The notes: generated from the sequence alone by a model not told the origin. Counted from the first letter of the stretch, positions 1-9,651 are shown. The stretch is DNA of 64,000 bases from Candidatus Dadabacteria bacterium (GCA_040289575.1 PSLL01000006.1:30405-94404); one strand, 5' to 3'. Program-made: numbers and translations.

Positions 1-108
1 GATGTAAACTATCCGAGTGACCTCTCTAAGGCCAGATTTAATTCAGCTGAGTTTATAAGAAGGCCCCAACGAGAAAGAGTCCTTAGGGTTGTAGAGACGG
101 GTTTGTAA
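1..108 (+). CDS. 3' end of a gene entering the window, possibly a sugar-phosphate nucleotidyltransferase family protein (partial)
   Basis: Frame +1 is open from base 1: DVNYPSDLSKARF...VETGL, TAA at 106-108. DVNYPSDL resembles the C-terminal D(V/I)DxPxDL motif of NTP-transferases, and the neighbours are glycosyltransferases. Confidence 0.35.
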   Translation, partial: DVNYPSDLSKARFNSAEFIRRPQRERVLRVVETGL

Positions 109-386
109 ATATAATAAACCATGAAATACTTATAGCAATTGGCATGGATATAGATATCGAGAAGTTAAATTCATAGGATTATCCTATCACGGAGCCTACA
201 CCTAGCTCAGTGAACGTATTCTCCACAACGGCGGGTTCCCTAATTATGCCAGATTAAACGATTGAATTGACATAAAAGAGTATCTATATTAATTAGAAAT
301 TTATTATTATGGGCTAAATATAATTTTTTAAAATCCGATCTCGGTGGAAGGTCGACAAATACAATGGAAAATCGGAGAAATTACAG

Positions 387-1520
387 GTGAGGATTGCATA
401 CATAGCAAGCCCTAAGTTATTCTCGCGCGGGGCAAGTTCAATCGAAGTAATGCGCACGGCCGAGGCTATGGCAGAACTCGGCTACGACGTTGAGCTTATT
501 GTTCCCTACAACGGAAAAGAAGATGAGATATACGAATACTACGGAATAAACAGAGTTTTTAAATTGAAATTTATTCCCTCTGCACCGGGCGTTTCTATGA
601 GGCATATTCTACACGGACTTCAAAGTGCCTTCTACACGGCATCGAAGAGAGGACGGTTCGACATCGCATTTTCAAGAAATATATTCTATGCTTTTCTTTC
701 AACCAGATTTTTAAAAATCCCTACAATCTATGATGCTCACCACCCCATTGCAAACACAGCGGCACGTATAATATTCGACTTCTTTAAAGAGTCTAAATTT
801 CTTCTTAAATTTGTTGTAATCTCTAAAGGAATCGGAGACATATGCCTCAAATTCGGGCTTCCGGAAGGGAAGCTCGCCGTCGTGCCTAATGGCGTTGACA
901 TAGAGAGATTCAATCAAAAATTATCACCTAAAGAGGCACGAAGCAGAGTCGGTCTTCCTCAAGAGAGAAAAATCATATCGCATATAGGAAACATATATCC
1001 CGGAAGAGGAATAGAGCTTCTAATAGAGGCCGCACAGGAATTTAAAGATTTGCTCTTTCTCATGGTAGGCGGAGAAGATAGAGACATTGAGCGTTATAAA
1101 AAATTGGCTAAAAAAACAGGCGTAGACAACGTCATCTTCACGGGATTTATACCACCCAGCATCATTTCTCTTTATTTTTTCTCTACAGATTTTCTCATAC
1201 TGCCTTATACATTGAAGATGACCTCTAAGTTCAGACGCATAGAGACCGATTTTGCCTCTTTACTTAAGCTCCCAGAATATATGGCGTCAGGGCGTCCGAT
1301 TATTTCAACACGCATTCCGGCGGTTTCTGAATTTCTAAGAGATGAAGAAAATGCCATTATCATTGACCCAGACAGCACTTTGGCAATTATAGGAGGTATA
1401 AAGAGGGCTTTGTCTAATAAGATCCTCTGTGAGAAAATCGCTAAACAGGCAGCCATTGATGCAAAGAAATACACACTCGAAGAAAGGGCAAAGAGGATAC
1501 TCGATGATGTCCAAATTTAA
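387..1520 (+). CDS. Glycosyltransferase family 4 (GT-B)
   Basis: 377 aa. N-terminal MRIAYIA, VVPNGVD, and C-terminal LKLPEYMASGRPIIST are typical of GT4. Confidence 0.9.
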   Translation: MRIAYIASPKLFSRGASSIEVMRTAEAMAELGYDVELIVPYNGKEDEIYEYYGINRVFKLKFIPSAPGVSMRHILHGLQSAFYTASKRGRFDIAFSRNIFYAFLSTRFLKIPTIYDAHHPIANTAARIIFDFFKESKFLLKFVVISKGIGDICLKFGLPEGKLAVVPNGVDIERFNQKLSPKEARSRVGLPQERKIISHIGNIYPGRGIELLIEAAQEFKDLLFLMVGGEDRDIERYKKLAKKTGVDNVIFTGFIPPSIISLYFFSTDFLILPYTLKMTSKFRRIETDFASLLKLPEYMASGRPIISTRIPAVSEFLRDEENAIIIDPDSTLAIIGGIKRALSNKILCEKIAKQAAIDAKKYTLEERAKRILDDVQI

Positions 1521-1580
1521 AAGATTTAAAACTACCTTCCATGAGTCCTGCGTGCTCTGGAACCAATGGTACTTTAGATA

Positions 1581-2705
1581 ATGAAAGTCGTATACATAGC
1601 AAACTCTCGGATTCCTTCTCAATATGCAAATAGTATACAGGTGATGAAGATGTGTGAGGCAATCGCCAAGCTTGGACACGAAGTCTCTCTTTTTATACGA
1701 GACGAAAAAGAGGATTACAAAGGCGATATATTTGGATTTTACGGCTTAGAAAGGGTTTTTGAAATCAAAAGAACGCCGTTTAAAGGAAAATTACTCCACG
1801 CTATATTCTCTTTAATCTGCACCAAACTCAAGACGGTAGGGCTGTGTTATACTAGAAGCGCTTATGCGGCATATCTCGCATCTAGATTCTGCATACCAAC
1901 TGTCTTTGAAGTCCACCGCCCATTCTCTTCCAGATTCGGAAAGGCAATTGCCCCATTGCTTCTTAATTCACCTTATTTAAAGATAGTATCCATCTCAAAT
2001 TCACTCACGGAATTCTACATCGAGAAATACAGAATAAAATCACGAGAGAAAATAATTACAAAACATGATGGAGTGGATTTAAATATGTTTTCCCCGCCTC
2101 TAATAAAGGAGGAGGCAAGAAGGAAAATGAATCTCCCACAGGATAAAAGGATAATATGCTACTGCGGTCATCTCTACAGAGGAAGGGGAATCGAATCTCT
2201 AATTTCAATTTCCGGAAAGCTTCCAAGCAACGTGCTTATTCTCATCATTGGCGGTACGGGCAAAGACTTAGAAAGGCACAAAAACACCGCATCCCAGATG
2301 AACTCAACAAATCTATATTTTACCGGATTCGTTCCCTTAAGCATTGTCCCGAGATACCTGGCGGCATCCGATGTCTTGGTAATACCCTATACAAATAGAG
2401 TCGAAGATAACACAGGATGTATAATAAGCAATTTTATGAGTCCGATGAAGATGTTCGAATATATGGCTTCGGGAAGACCGATCGTCGCATCAAACCTGGG
2501 TGTCATAAGGGAGATACTCAAAGACAAGGAAAGTGCACTCCTATTTGAACCGGCAGATGAAAATGGTTTTATAGATGCGATAAAAGCTGTCTTGGAAGAT
2601 AAAGAATTGGCCCAAAGAATCGCAAGGAATGCCCAGGATGAGGTCAAAAAATACACGTGGTCTGAGAGAGCTAAGTCAATTCTCTCTTTTTCATCGGAGT
2701 TGTAA
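1581..2705 (+). CDS. Glycosyltransferase family 4, paralogue of the upstream gene
   Basis: 374 aa. ANSIQVMKMCEA, HDGVD and SPMKMFEYMASGRPIVAS motifs. Confidence 0.9.
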   Translation: MKVVYIANSRIPSQYANSIQVMKMCEAIAKLGHEVSLFIRDEKEDYKGDIFGFYGLERVFEIKRTPFKGKLLHAIFSLICTKLKTVGLCYTRSAYAAYLASRFCIPTVFEVHRPFSSRFGKAIAPLLLNSPYLKIVSISNSLTEFYIEKYRIKSREKIITKHDGVDLNMFSPPLIKEEARRKMNLPQDKRIICYCGHLYRGRGIESLISISGKLPSNVLILIIGGTGKDLERHKNTASQMNSTNLYFTGFVPLSIVPRYLAASDVLVIPYTNRVEDNTGCIISNFMSPMKMFEYMASGRPIVASNLGVIREILKDKESALLFEPADENGFIDAIKAVLEDKELAQRIARNAQDEVKKYTWSERAKSILSFSSEL

Positions 2706-2731
2706 GCTGACCTCCGATTTAATCGGAGGCA

Positions 2732-3442
2732 TTACCCACCCAGATAAGCCCTCTTTACCCGCCCATCAAAGAGCAGCTGTTTACCCTCGCCCTCAAGAAC
2801 TATCTCTCCTGTCTCTAAAACGTATGCATAATCAGCCATCTCAAGAGCGGCTCTTGCGTTCTGTTCAATCAGGAGAATGGTTGTACCGTTATTATGGATC
2901 TCGCGGATTTTATCAAACAGCACTCTAGTAATCCTTGGAGAGAGTCCAAGGGATGGTTCATCTAACATAAGGAGCTTTGGTCTCCCCATTAGAGCACGTC
3001 CCAGAGCGAGCATCTGCTGTTCACCGCCGGAAAGCGTGCCGCCGAGCTGAGTTAATTTCTCCATGAGACGGGGAAAAAGAGAAAACACGTAATTCGAGCT
3101 TCTGTCAAACTCATCCGATGAATTTAGAGCAAAACCGCCCATAATCAGGTTTTCTTTGACTGTGAGATTTGGAAATATCTTTCTCCCTTCAGGCACCATG
3201 ATTATTCCCATATTTGCTATCTCGTATGCGGGTCTTCTGGATATATTCTTTTCCTCAAAGAGAATGTGTCCGCTCTTAGGGTGAATAAGTCCCGAGATTG
3301 CACGGAGAGTCGTTGTCTTTCCTGCACCATTTGCGCCTATGAGAGTCACAATCTTTCTCTCTGGAACACTAAACGATACTCCCTTTAATGCGTGAATCCC
3401 CCCGTAGAAAACATTTAAACCCTCAATTCTGAGCAATCTCAT
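2732..3442 (-). CDS. livF: Branched-chain amino acid ABC transporter ATP-binding protein LivF
   Basis: Walker A GANGAGKTT, VPEGRKIF, signature LSGGEQQMLA, Walker B LLMLDEPSLGL, C-terminal AYLGG. Confidence 0.92.
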   Translation of the reverse strand: MRLLRIEGLNVFYGGIHALKGVSFSVPERKIVTLIGANGAGKTTTLRAISGLIHPKSGHILFEEKNISRRPAYEIANMGIIMVPEGRKIFPNLTVKENLIMGGFALNSSDEFDRSSNYVFSLFPRLMEKLTQLGGTLSGGEQQMLALGRALMGRPKLLMLDEPSLGLSPRITRVLFDKIREIHNNGTTILLIEQNARAALEMADYAYVLETGEIVLEGEGKQLLFDGRVKRAYLGG

Positions 3443-3453
3443 TTCTCCGTACA

Positions 3454-3508
3454 GATGGGAATCGGGATTAAACTAATCCCCAATGCCTAATCGCCAACTC
3501 CCAATTCC
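3454..3508. repeat. Degenerate heptamer tandem repeat with a short inverted arm between livG and livF
   Basis: TAATCCC CAATGCC TAATCGC CAACTCC CAATTCC (3474-3508), preceded by the complementary-type GATGGGA ATCGGGA TTA. Confidence 0.6.
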
Positions 3509-4278
3509 TACGTTGTCTCCCCAAGATACGCCTCAATTACCCTTGGATTACTTCTTATATCCTCGGGGCATCCCTCTGCAATCCTCTCTCCGTAATCGAG
3601 CACGGTGATTTTATCGCATATCCCCATAACCACATGCATATCATGCTCAATGAGAAGCACGGTTAAGTCGAATTCATTCCTGATACCTTTAATGAAATCC
3701 ATAAGCCCGTCCTTTTCACTTGGATTCATACCGGCGGCAGGCTCATCGAGGAGAAGAAGCTTGGGACGAGTAGCAATGGCACGGGCAATCTCCAATCTCC
3801 TCTGAAGCCCATATGGAAGGGATAGAGCCTTTTCATTTGAAAGATGTAAAAGACTAGTCTTCTCTAAGAGCGCAATGGCATTGTTATATATTTCTCTCTC
3901 CCTATTTTTGTATCCGGGAAGGCGCAGTACAGCCTGCCAAAACAAGAATGGATTAAACCTCAAATGAAACCCGATCATTACGTTTTCCAAGACGCTCAGG
4001 TCTCTGAAGAGCTTTATATTTTGAAATGTCCTTGCAATTCCAAGGGACGTAATCCTGTGCGGCTCGAGTCTTGTAACCTCTTTTTGGAGGAATGATATAG
4101 TTCCGGCTACGGGCTTTACAAATCCGGAGATTGCATTAAATACCGTAGTTTTTCCCGCGCCGTTTGGGCCTATCATCCCTCTGATTGTTCCAGACTCAAC
4201 ATCCATACTAAAATCAGACACAGCCTTGAGCGCATGAAAACGGACTGTCAGATTTTCAATCCTGAGTATGTTTCCCAC
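3508..4278 (-). CDS. livG: Branched-chain amino acid ABC transporter ATP-binding protein LivG
   Basis: GPNGAGKTT, GIARTFQNIKLF, LPYGLQRRLEIARA, LLLDEPAAGMN, VIEAYLG. Confidence 0.92.
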   Translation of the reverse strand: MGNILRIENLTVRFHALKAVSDFSMDVESGTIRGMIGPNGAGKTTVFNAISGFVKPVAGTISFLQKEVTRLEPHRITSLGIARTFQNIKLFRDLSVLENVMIGFHLRFNPFLFWQAVLRLPGYKNREREIYNNAIALLEKTSLLHLSNEKALSLPYGLQRRLEIARAIATRPKLLLLDEPAAGMNPSEKDGLMDFIKGIRNEFDLTVLLIEHDMHVVMGICDKITVLDYGERIAEGCPEDIRSNPRVIEAYLGETT

Positions 4279-4331
4279 TTTTTATATATCTGCCTTTTTC
4301 AAACATGAAATACATTTCAATCTATTATAAT

Positions 4332-5261
4332 TCATCCCTCATCATCAGGTACAGACGAATCATTTCTCCGATTTATATTAACCGCAAATGGCTTGCTCCG
4401 CTCGCCGAAATAAATGCTTACATGCGGGAATGGAATTTCAATTCCCTTCTGATCAAATGTATTTTTAATTCTCCTTCTCAATTCCCTCCCTACATCCCAC
4501 TGCTTGAGCGGCTGCGTCTTTATCATACACTTGATTATAACCTCAGAGCTGCCGAAGTTATCAACCCCCAGTATCTCAAGAGGCTCCAATATTGAAGGAC
4601 GGAACTTTTCGTCTTTATATAGCTCTTCCCCTATCTCCTTTAACACCTGCATAACCTCATCCACATTCTCTTTATATGCCACACCGACATCAATAACATA
4701 TCGCGACCAGCCCCTTGTCATATTCGACAGCGTATTTATCGTACCGTTTGGAAAGATGTGAACAGTACCCTGAAGGTCTCTTAGCACAATGGTTCTCAGA
4801 TTGATTTCTTCCACAAGCCCTCCCGTTCCATTGACTACAGCAACGTCTCCTACGCGAACCTGATTCTCCATAATTATAAAGAAGCCGCTTATAATATCCC
4901 TTACGAGATTTTGTGCCCCAAATCCAATGGCAAGCCCCACTATGCCGGCACCAGCTATTATTGGCGCAATATCTATCCCGACTTCTCTAAGAACCATCAT
5001 AAAGGCCAATACAAAGACGGTTACAAAAGCCGCCTTTCTCAATATGTTGCCAAGCGTCTTTACCCTTTTTTGAGTTTCCAAATTGGCAAAAAAATCTCCC
5101 GTATCTTTCATAATGACCTTCTCCGTCCTTTCAATTAGAACGGAAATCAGCTTTAGGAGCACATAAGCCCCTATGATTATCACAACAATACGAATACCGG
5201 AGGTCCTAAGCCAGTCAATAATATTGTCAACATAAGCCGGATTAAATACCCTGGATATCAT
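4332..5261 (-). CDS. Small-conductance mechanosensitive channel (MscS/YbiO family)
   Basis: 309 aa. AGAGIVGLAIGFGAQNLVRDIISGFFI, GIEIPFPH. RBS AAGGAGGT upstream. Confidence 0.92.
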   Translation of the reverse strand: MISRVFNPAYVDNIIDWLRTSGIRIVVIIIGAYVLLKLISVLIERTEKVIMKDTGDFFANLETQKRVKTLGNILRKAAFVTVFVLAFMMVLREVGIDIAPIIAGAGIVGLAIGFGAQNLVRDIISGFFIIMENQVRVGDVAVVNGTGGLVEEINLRTIVLRDLQGTVHIFPNGTINTLSNMTRGWSRYVIDVGVAYKENVDEVMQVLKEIGEELYKDEKFRPSILEPLEILGVDNFGSSEVIIKCMIKTQPLKQWDVGRELRRRIKNTFDQKGIEIPFPHVSIYFGERSKPFAVNINRRNDSSVPDDEG

Positions 5262-5479
5262 GGTATTATGCTACCTCCTTTCCAAATATATTTGTAGAAA
5301 TAAAATAGCCACCCTAAATTCTAGGTACCGAGGATTCGTGCGGAGATTCTACAAAATTTTAATATTTAACCTTCCCGACAGACAAAAATTAAGTCGGATA
5401 AAACACGAGGAATTGTTACAATGATAAATGATTCACCAAGGCGGATCAAACATAACTCTGCACTTAGCGGCCTCTATTT

Positions 5480-5508
5480 TTGACTCCATATCTCCCATTA
5501 TGTAAACT
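5480..5508 (+). promoter_or_regulatory. Putative sigma70 promoter of mutL
   Basis: TTGACT (5480-5485), 17 nt spacer, TAAACT (5503-5508). It ends 9 nt before the ATG and there is no SD. Confidence 0.5.
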
Positions 5509-5517
5509 CCACTCATA

Positions 5518-7326
5518 ATGGGAAAGATTAGGATTCTTCCCGAAAATATCGTGTCTAAAATCGCAGCGGGAGAGATTGTAGAAAAGCCAGCTTCTGTTGT
5601 GAAAGAACTCGTTGAAAATTCTCTCGACGCCCAAAGCACACACATACATATAGAACTGAGGGGCGGCGGAAAAAGGTTCATAAGTGTTTTAGATAACGGC
5701 GAAGGGATGACAATGGACGACGCCCTCCTCTCTCTTGAGCGTCACGCTACAAGCAAAATAAGAGGCGCGGAGGACCTCTTTTCTATAAAAACGCTTGGAT
5801 TTCGGGGAGAGGCGCTTCCGAGTATCGCAGGGATCTCCAGGTTAAAGCTCACAACAAAAACAAAGGATGCGCTTTCGGGCACAAGGATTTCCATTGAGGG
5901 CGGAGTCATAAAAAGCGTTGAAGAAATCGGCTGTCCTTCCGGAACAGCAGTTGAGGTAAGAGACCTTTTCTACAATACGCCGCCGAGACTTAAATTCATG
6001 AAAACTAAAGAAACAGAACTCTCAAATATCCTTGACATTATTCAAAGGGAGGCTCTCCCCCGGCCGGATGTAGGATTTGAAGTCACACATGAAGGGAAAA
6101 CACTGCTTCACCTCAGACAAAGAAAAGCACTGGAAGAAACGCTACCCGAGATCTTCCCCGATACAGAACTTTTTGAGATAAAATCAGAATCCGAGGGGAT
6201 TAAAATACACGGCTTTGTAGGCGGTCCCGAAGATACGAGGACTACAACGCAAAAGCTATTCACGTATGTAAATCGCCGAGCTGTAAAGGACAAGTTTCTC
6301 ATCCGAATGCTCATTGACTCTTATGGAAGACTCATAGAAAGAGGTAGATTTCCGCAAGGAATTCTCCTCATAGATATTCCGCCTGAAGAGATTGATGTGA
6401 ACGTCCATCCTACAAAGAATGAGGTCAGGTTTAAAAGGTCTGGAGTTGTGGGTAGCTTAATAAAAGTCGCGATATCAGATATGTTAAACAATGCCCCCTG
6501 GATAAAGGACTACCGCGCAAGGGTTAAGAACGCGGTTCAGGGATTTTTTGAAAAAGGCAGGGCTTTTGAGGAAACCTACCAAAACGCCCAGATACCGCCG
6601 ACAACCTCATACAGAGAGACTCCTCAAGGAGAGGATATAGTTTTAAAAACCCCCGACGCAGAACCAATACAGGTAAATAATATAAAACCATCTCCTCTAT
6701 CCCCAATTCAAACACCACACTACGAACTCTTTAGGCAGGAGGGATTTTTCTCCAATCTGAATATAATCGGACAACTGGGTGAACTCTACATAATCTGCGC
6801 ATCGGGAAGGGGGATGATTCTTATTGACCAACATGCAGCGCACGAGAGGATCAACTACGAAAAGTTAAAAAACGCCTATCTAAAAAGAGAATTTGAAACC
6901 CAGGAGCTTCTCTTCCCACTTTCGATTGAGCTATCCTCCGACGAGACCCAAATCCTAGAAGAGCACAAGGAAGAAATAGAATCTCTGGGAATAAAAATTG
7001 AAGGGTTTGGGAAAGGCTCTTTTCTTATAAGGTCAGTCCCCGCACTTCTTAAAAATAGCGACGTAGAAAAGCTCTTAAAAGAAATGGTTGGAGAGATTGC
7101 CACACTGGGAAAAGAAGAGGGTCTGACCGAGCACATAGATCACATAATTGCAACTATGGCATGCCACAGTTCAGTTCTCGCAAGCCATGAACTAAATCCA
7201 GAGAAGATGAAATCCCTTCTGCAGGAACTCGACTGCACCGAATTTCCACATGCCTGCCCGCACGGAAGACCTGTGGCAAGGGAACTCACGTTTGAAGAGC
7301 TTGGGAGGATGTTTAAGAGATCCTAA
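5518..7326 (+). CDS. mutL: DNA mismatch repair endonuclease MutL
   Basis: KIAAGEIVEKPASVVKELVENSLDA, GFRGEALPSI, DVNVHPTKNEV, endonuclease motif DQHAAHERINYE, ACH and CPHGRP. Confidence 0.97.
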   Translation: MGKIRILPENIVSKIAAGEIVEKPASVVKELVENSLDAQSTHIHIELRGGGKRFISVLDNGEGMTMDDALLSLERHATSKIRGAEDLFSIKTLGFRGEALPSIAGISRLKLTTKTKDALSGTRISIEGGVIKSVEEIGCPSGTAVEVRDLFYNTPPRLKFMKTKETELSNILDIIQREALPRPDVGFEVTHEGKTLLHLRQRKALEETLPEIFPDTELFEIKSESEGIKIHGFVGGPEDTRTTTQKLFTYVNRRAVKDKFLIRMLIDSYGRLIERGRFPQGILLIDIPPEEIDVNVHPTKNEVRFKRSGVVGSLIKVAISDMLNNAPWIKDYRARVKNAVQGFFEKGRAFEETYQNAQIPPTTSYRETPQGEDIVLKTPDAEPIQVNNIKPSPLSPIQTPHYELFRQEGFFSNLNIIGQLGELYIICASGRGMILIDQHAAHERINYEKLKNAYLKREFETQELLFPLSIELSSDETQILEEHKEEIESLGIKIEGFGKGSFLIRSVPALLKNSDVEKLLKEMVGEIATLGKEEGLTEHIDHIIATMACHSSVLASHELNPEKMKSLLQELDCTEFPHACPHGRPVARELTFEELGRMFKRS

Positions 7327-7442
7327 GTAAACTCCGCCATCCCTTTATCAGAACAAAGAACGCATAGAGAACTTATTTAAAATTCTCTCTCCGTCCATCT
7401 GCGAACCCATTGGCTAAATCGGTATGGGATACACGACATTAC

Positions 7443-7471
7443 TTGATTTATCTCATTGCCTCAGCCATAAT
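7443..7471 (+). promoter_or_regulatory. Putative sigma70 promoter of yacG-efp
   Basis: TTGATT (7443-7448), 17 nt spacer, CATAAT (7466-7471). It ends 9 nt before the yacG ATG. Confidence 0.45.
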
Positions 7472-7480
7472 TTCAAATAA

Positions 7481-7669
7481 ATGCAGGTTAAATGCCCGAG
7501 ATGCGGGAAGTTAGTCAAATGGGAAGGAAATAAGTGGAAGCCATTTTGTTCAGAAAGATGTAAACTGATAGATCTAGGCGCTTGGGTGGGGGAGGAGTAC
7601 AAAATCCCTGAAGAGCCCGTCTCAGAAGAGAATCAAAAACAAATAAACGGCAGAAACGAAGAGGAATGA
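7481..7669 (+). CDS. yacG: DNA gyrase inhibitor YacG (zinc finger)
   Basis: CPRCGK...[21 protein letters not shown] is the YacG signature. Confidence 0.93.
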   Translation: MQVKCPRCGKLVKWEGNKWKPFCSERCKLIDLGAWVGEEYKIPEEPVSEENQKQINGRNEEE

Positions 7670-7727
7670 AAGCGATATGAATAACAATCATATCTATGAA
7701 CTAAGTATATTAAGGAGGCACAGATAA

Positions 7728-8300
7728 ATGGCAGTTACCGATACCAGCCGCTTTTATAAGGGACTAAAGATTGAATTTGAAGGAGAAATCTGGGAGGTTA
7801 TTGAATACCATCACTCAAAGATCGCCCAGCGAAGCCCCGTAGTAAAGACCAAGCTCAGAAACATCATTACTGGTTCTGTTCAAGAGAGAAACTTCCGCTC
7901 AGGTGAGACATTCGATCTTCCCGATGTTGAAAGAAAAAAGATGCAGTTCCTTTACAAAGACGAAATCGGATACCACTTTATGGATTCTGAGACTTATGAG
8001 CAATACGGATTTAACGAGAATCAGGTCGGAGAGGCAGTAAGGTTTCTCAAAGAGCAGGAAGAGGTAACCATTCTTTTTTACAAAGGCAAAACGATAGGCG
8101 TCGAACTCCCAATAACTGTAGAGCTTGAGGTAATCGAAACCGAACCCGGCGTAAGGGGAGATACCGTCACCGGTGGGAGCAAACCCGCAAAGCTTGAGAC
8201 GGGAGCAACGATCTCCGTACCCCTCTTTATTGACACCGGGGATAGAATAAAGGTTGATACAAGAACGGGAACTTACATAGAGAGAATAAAGAAGAGATAG
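7728..8300 (+). CDS. efp: Translation elongation factor P (atypical tip loop KIAQRS)
   Basis: 190 aa. MQFLYKD, YHFMDSETYEQ, TEPGVRGDT, KPAKLETGATISVPLFI, KVDTRTGTYIER. RBS AAGGAGG. Confidence 0.96.
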   Translation: MAVTDTSRFYKGLKIEFEGEIWEVIEYHHSKIAQRSPVVKTKLRNIITGSVQERNFRSGETFDLPDVERKKMQFLYKDEIGYHFMDSETYEQYGFNENQVGEAVRFLKEQEEVTILFYKGKTIGVELPITVELEVIETEPGVRGDTVTGGSKPAKLETGATISVPLFIDTGDRIKVDTRTGTYIERIKKR

Positions 8301-8328
8301 CTCTATAGAGATAGATGCCGTGCTACCG

Positions 8329-8640
8329 CTAATTTCCGCCCAATTCGGCATTCCAATCAACGGTTTCCTCGGCGTGGAGTTTATCCATAGGGAAATTAAT
8401 AGGGAATGCGAAGTTTGGAAATGGCTGCCAGATGCCGCTATCTATTATCCTTGCCCCCGTGCTCCTAAACACCCTAAGGAGAATCAGGATGAAATCATTT
8501 GAGCTAATATCGGCCTGTCCGAAGAGCATTCCATTGGGCATTTTGCCCCAATTAACAAGTTGCCTCAGTTCATCCAAATGAGTCTTTAGGAATTCACTAA
8601 CGACATTTTCAAACTCCTTTAAAAGTTCCTCTTTTGCCAT
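8329..8640 (-). CDS. Hypothetical protein (~103 aa)
   Basis: The ORF fills the gap between efp and ybhB. The ATG at 8640 follows GAGGAGGGG (SD), so I prefer it to the upstream TTG. No recognised motif. Confidence 0.6.
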   Translation of the reverse strand: MAKEELLKEFENVVSEFLKTHLDELRQLVNWGKMPNGMLFGQADISSNDFILILLRVFRSTGARIIDSGIWQPFPNFAFPINFPMDKLHAEETVDWNAELGGN

Positions 8641-8781
8641 ATTGCCCCTCCTCTTCAACTTCAGTTCAGAGTATATTGTCCTTCGTATAAAGGCAAATGT
8701 GAGACTCTACGTGTATATCGAATTATACTCCATATCGGGAAAGATATTTAAATTGAGAAAAAAATATTATAGAATAGAGCC

Positions 8782-9330
8782 ATGACCGAAAAGATTTTTT
8801 TATTAACGCTTGCATCTCTTTTTTGCTTCGCCTTTCTGAATGGCAAGGGTGCCAAATGCAGCGAACCAATATCCTTGTCGCTTACAAGTACGATATTTAA
8901 GAATGGAGAAAAAATACCTAGAAAATACACTTGCGACGGCAAAGACATATCGCCCCCACTTTCCTGGAGCGGAGTCCCAAATGGAACGAAGAGTTATGCA
9001 ATCATATTGGAAGACCCGGATGCCCCGGGAGGAACGTTTACACACTGGGTTCTCTATGACCTGCCTGTAGCCATAACAGGCCTTCCCGAAGGAGCGGGGA
9101 AAAAAGGAGGCTCTAATAAAGGCTCAAAGCAAGGGGTAAACGACTTTGGGCGAATCGGATACAGTGGACCGTGTCTGCCCCGGGGGACACACAGGTACAT
9201 ATTCAGGCTTTATGCCCTCGATGTTGCAGGCTTGAACTTAAAAGAAAGGGCTACGAAAGAAGAGGTTTTAAAGGCCGCTAAGGGTCATGTGATTTCCGAA
9301 GCAGAGCTCGTCGGAACATATAGTAGATAA
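8782..9330 (+). CDS. YbhB/YbcL family PEBP (Raf kinase inhibitor-like) protein, secreted
   Basis: Signal peptide, YTCDGKDISPPLSW, DPDAPGGTFTHWVLYD, GYSGPCLP..HRYIFRLYALD. Confidence 0.93.
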   Translation: MTEKIFLLTLASLFCFAFLNGKGAKCSEPISLSLTSTIFKNGEKIPRKYTCDGKDISPPLSWSGVPNGTKSYAIILEDPDAPGGTFTHWVLYDLPVAITGLPEGAGKKGGSNKGSKQGVNDFGRIGYSGPCLPRGTHRYIFRLYALDVAGLNLKERATKEEVLKAAKGHVISEAELVGTYSR

Positions 9331-9332
9331 AG

Positions 9333-9644
9333 ATGGAAGATAAGCCAAGAGGAAGAAAAAGACCTACGCTTGCACTTATACTCTCAGCTATATTCCCCGG
9401 ATTCGGACAAATCTATAATAATCAAATACCCAAGGGAATAATTCTTATATCACTAAATATGGTTATTAACCTTTTATTGGTCAAGCCCATTGAAAAGCTA
9501 ACCGCCTCCGGAGGTTCAATACCGGATAACCCGACACTTTTGATCCTAGCCGCATACATGATAGTAGAATTGGTATTATGGGTCTACGCTATGATAGACG
9601 CTAAAAGAACCGCGGAGAAGATAAACAAATCAGAAGTTACTTAG
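9333..9644 (+). CDS. Small membrane protein (TM2/DUF5683-like)
   Basis: P.LALILSAIFPGFGQIYNNQ..KG motif and a C-terminal WVYAMIDA helix. Confidence 0.7.
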   Translation: MEDKPRGRKRPTLALILSAIFPGFGQIYNNQIPKGIILISLNMVINLLLVKPIEKLTASGGSIPDNPTLLILAAYMIVELVLWVYAMIDAKRTAEKINKSEVT

Positions 9645-9651
9645 AGAAGCC

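Noticed and set aside
5518..7326. Defective MutL as the cause of the mutation load
   Set aside because: The ORF is full length, with ATPase, DQHAxHERxxYE, ACH and CPHGRP motifs intact. The divergent SVLAS after ACH is not enough evidence for loss of function.
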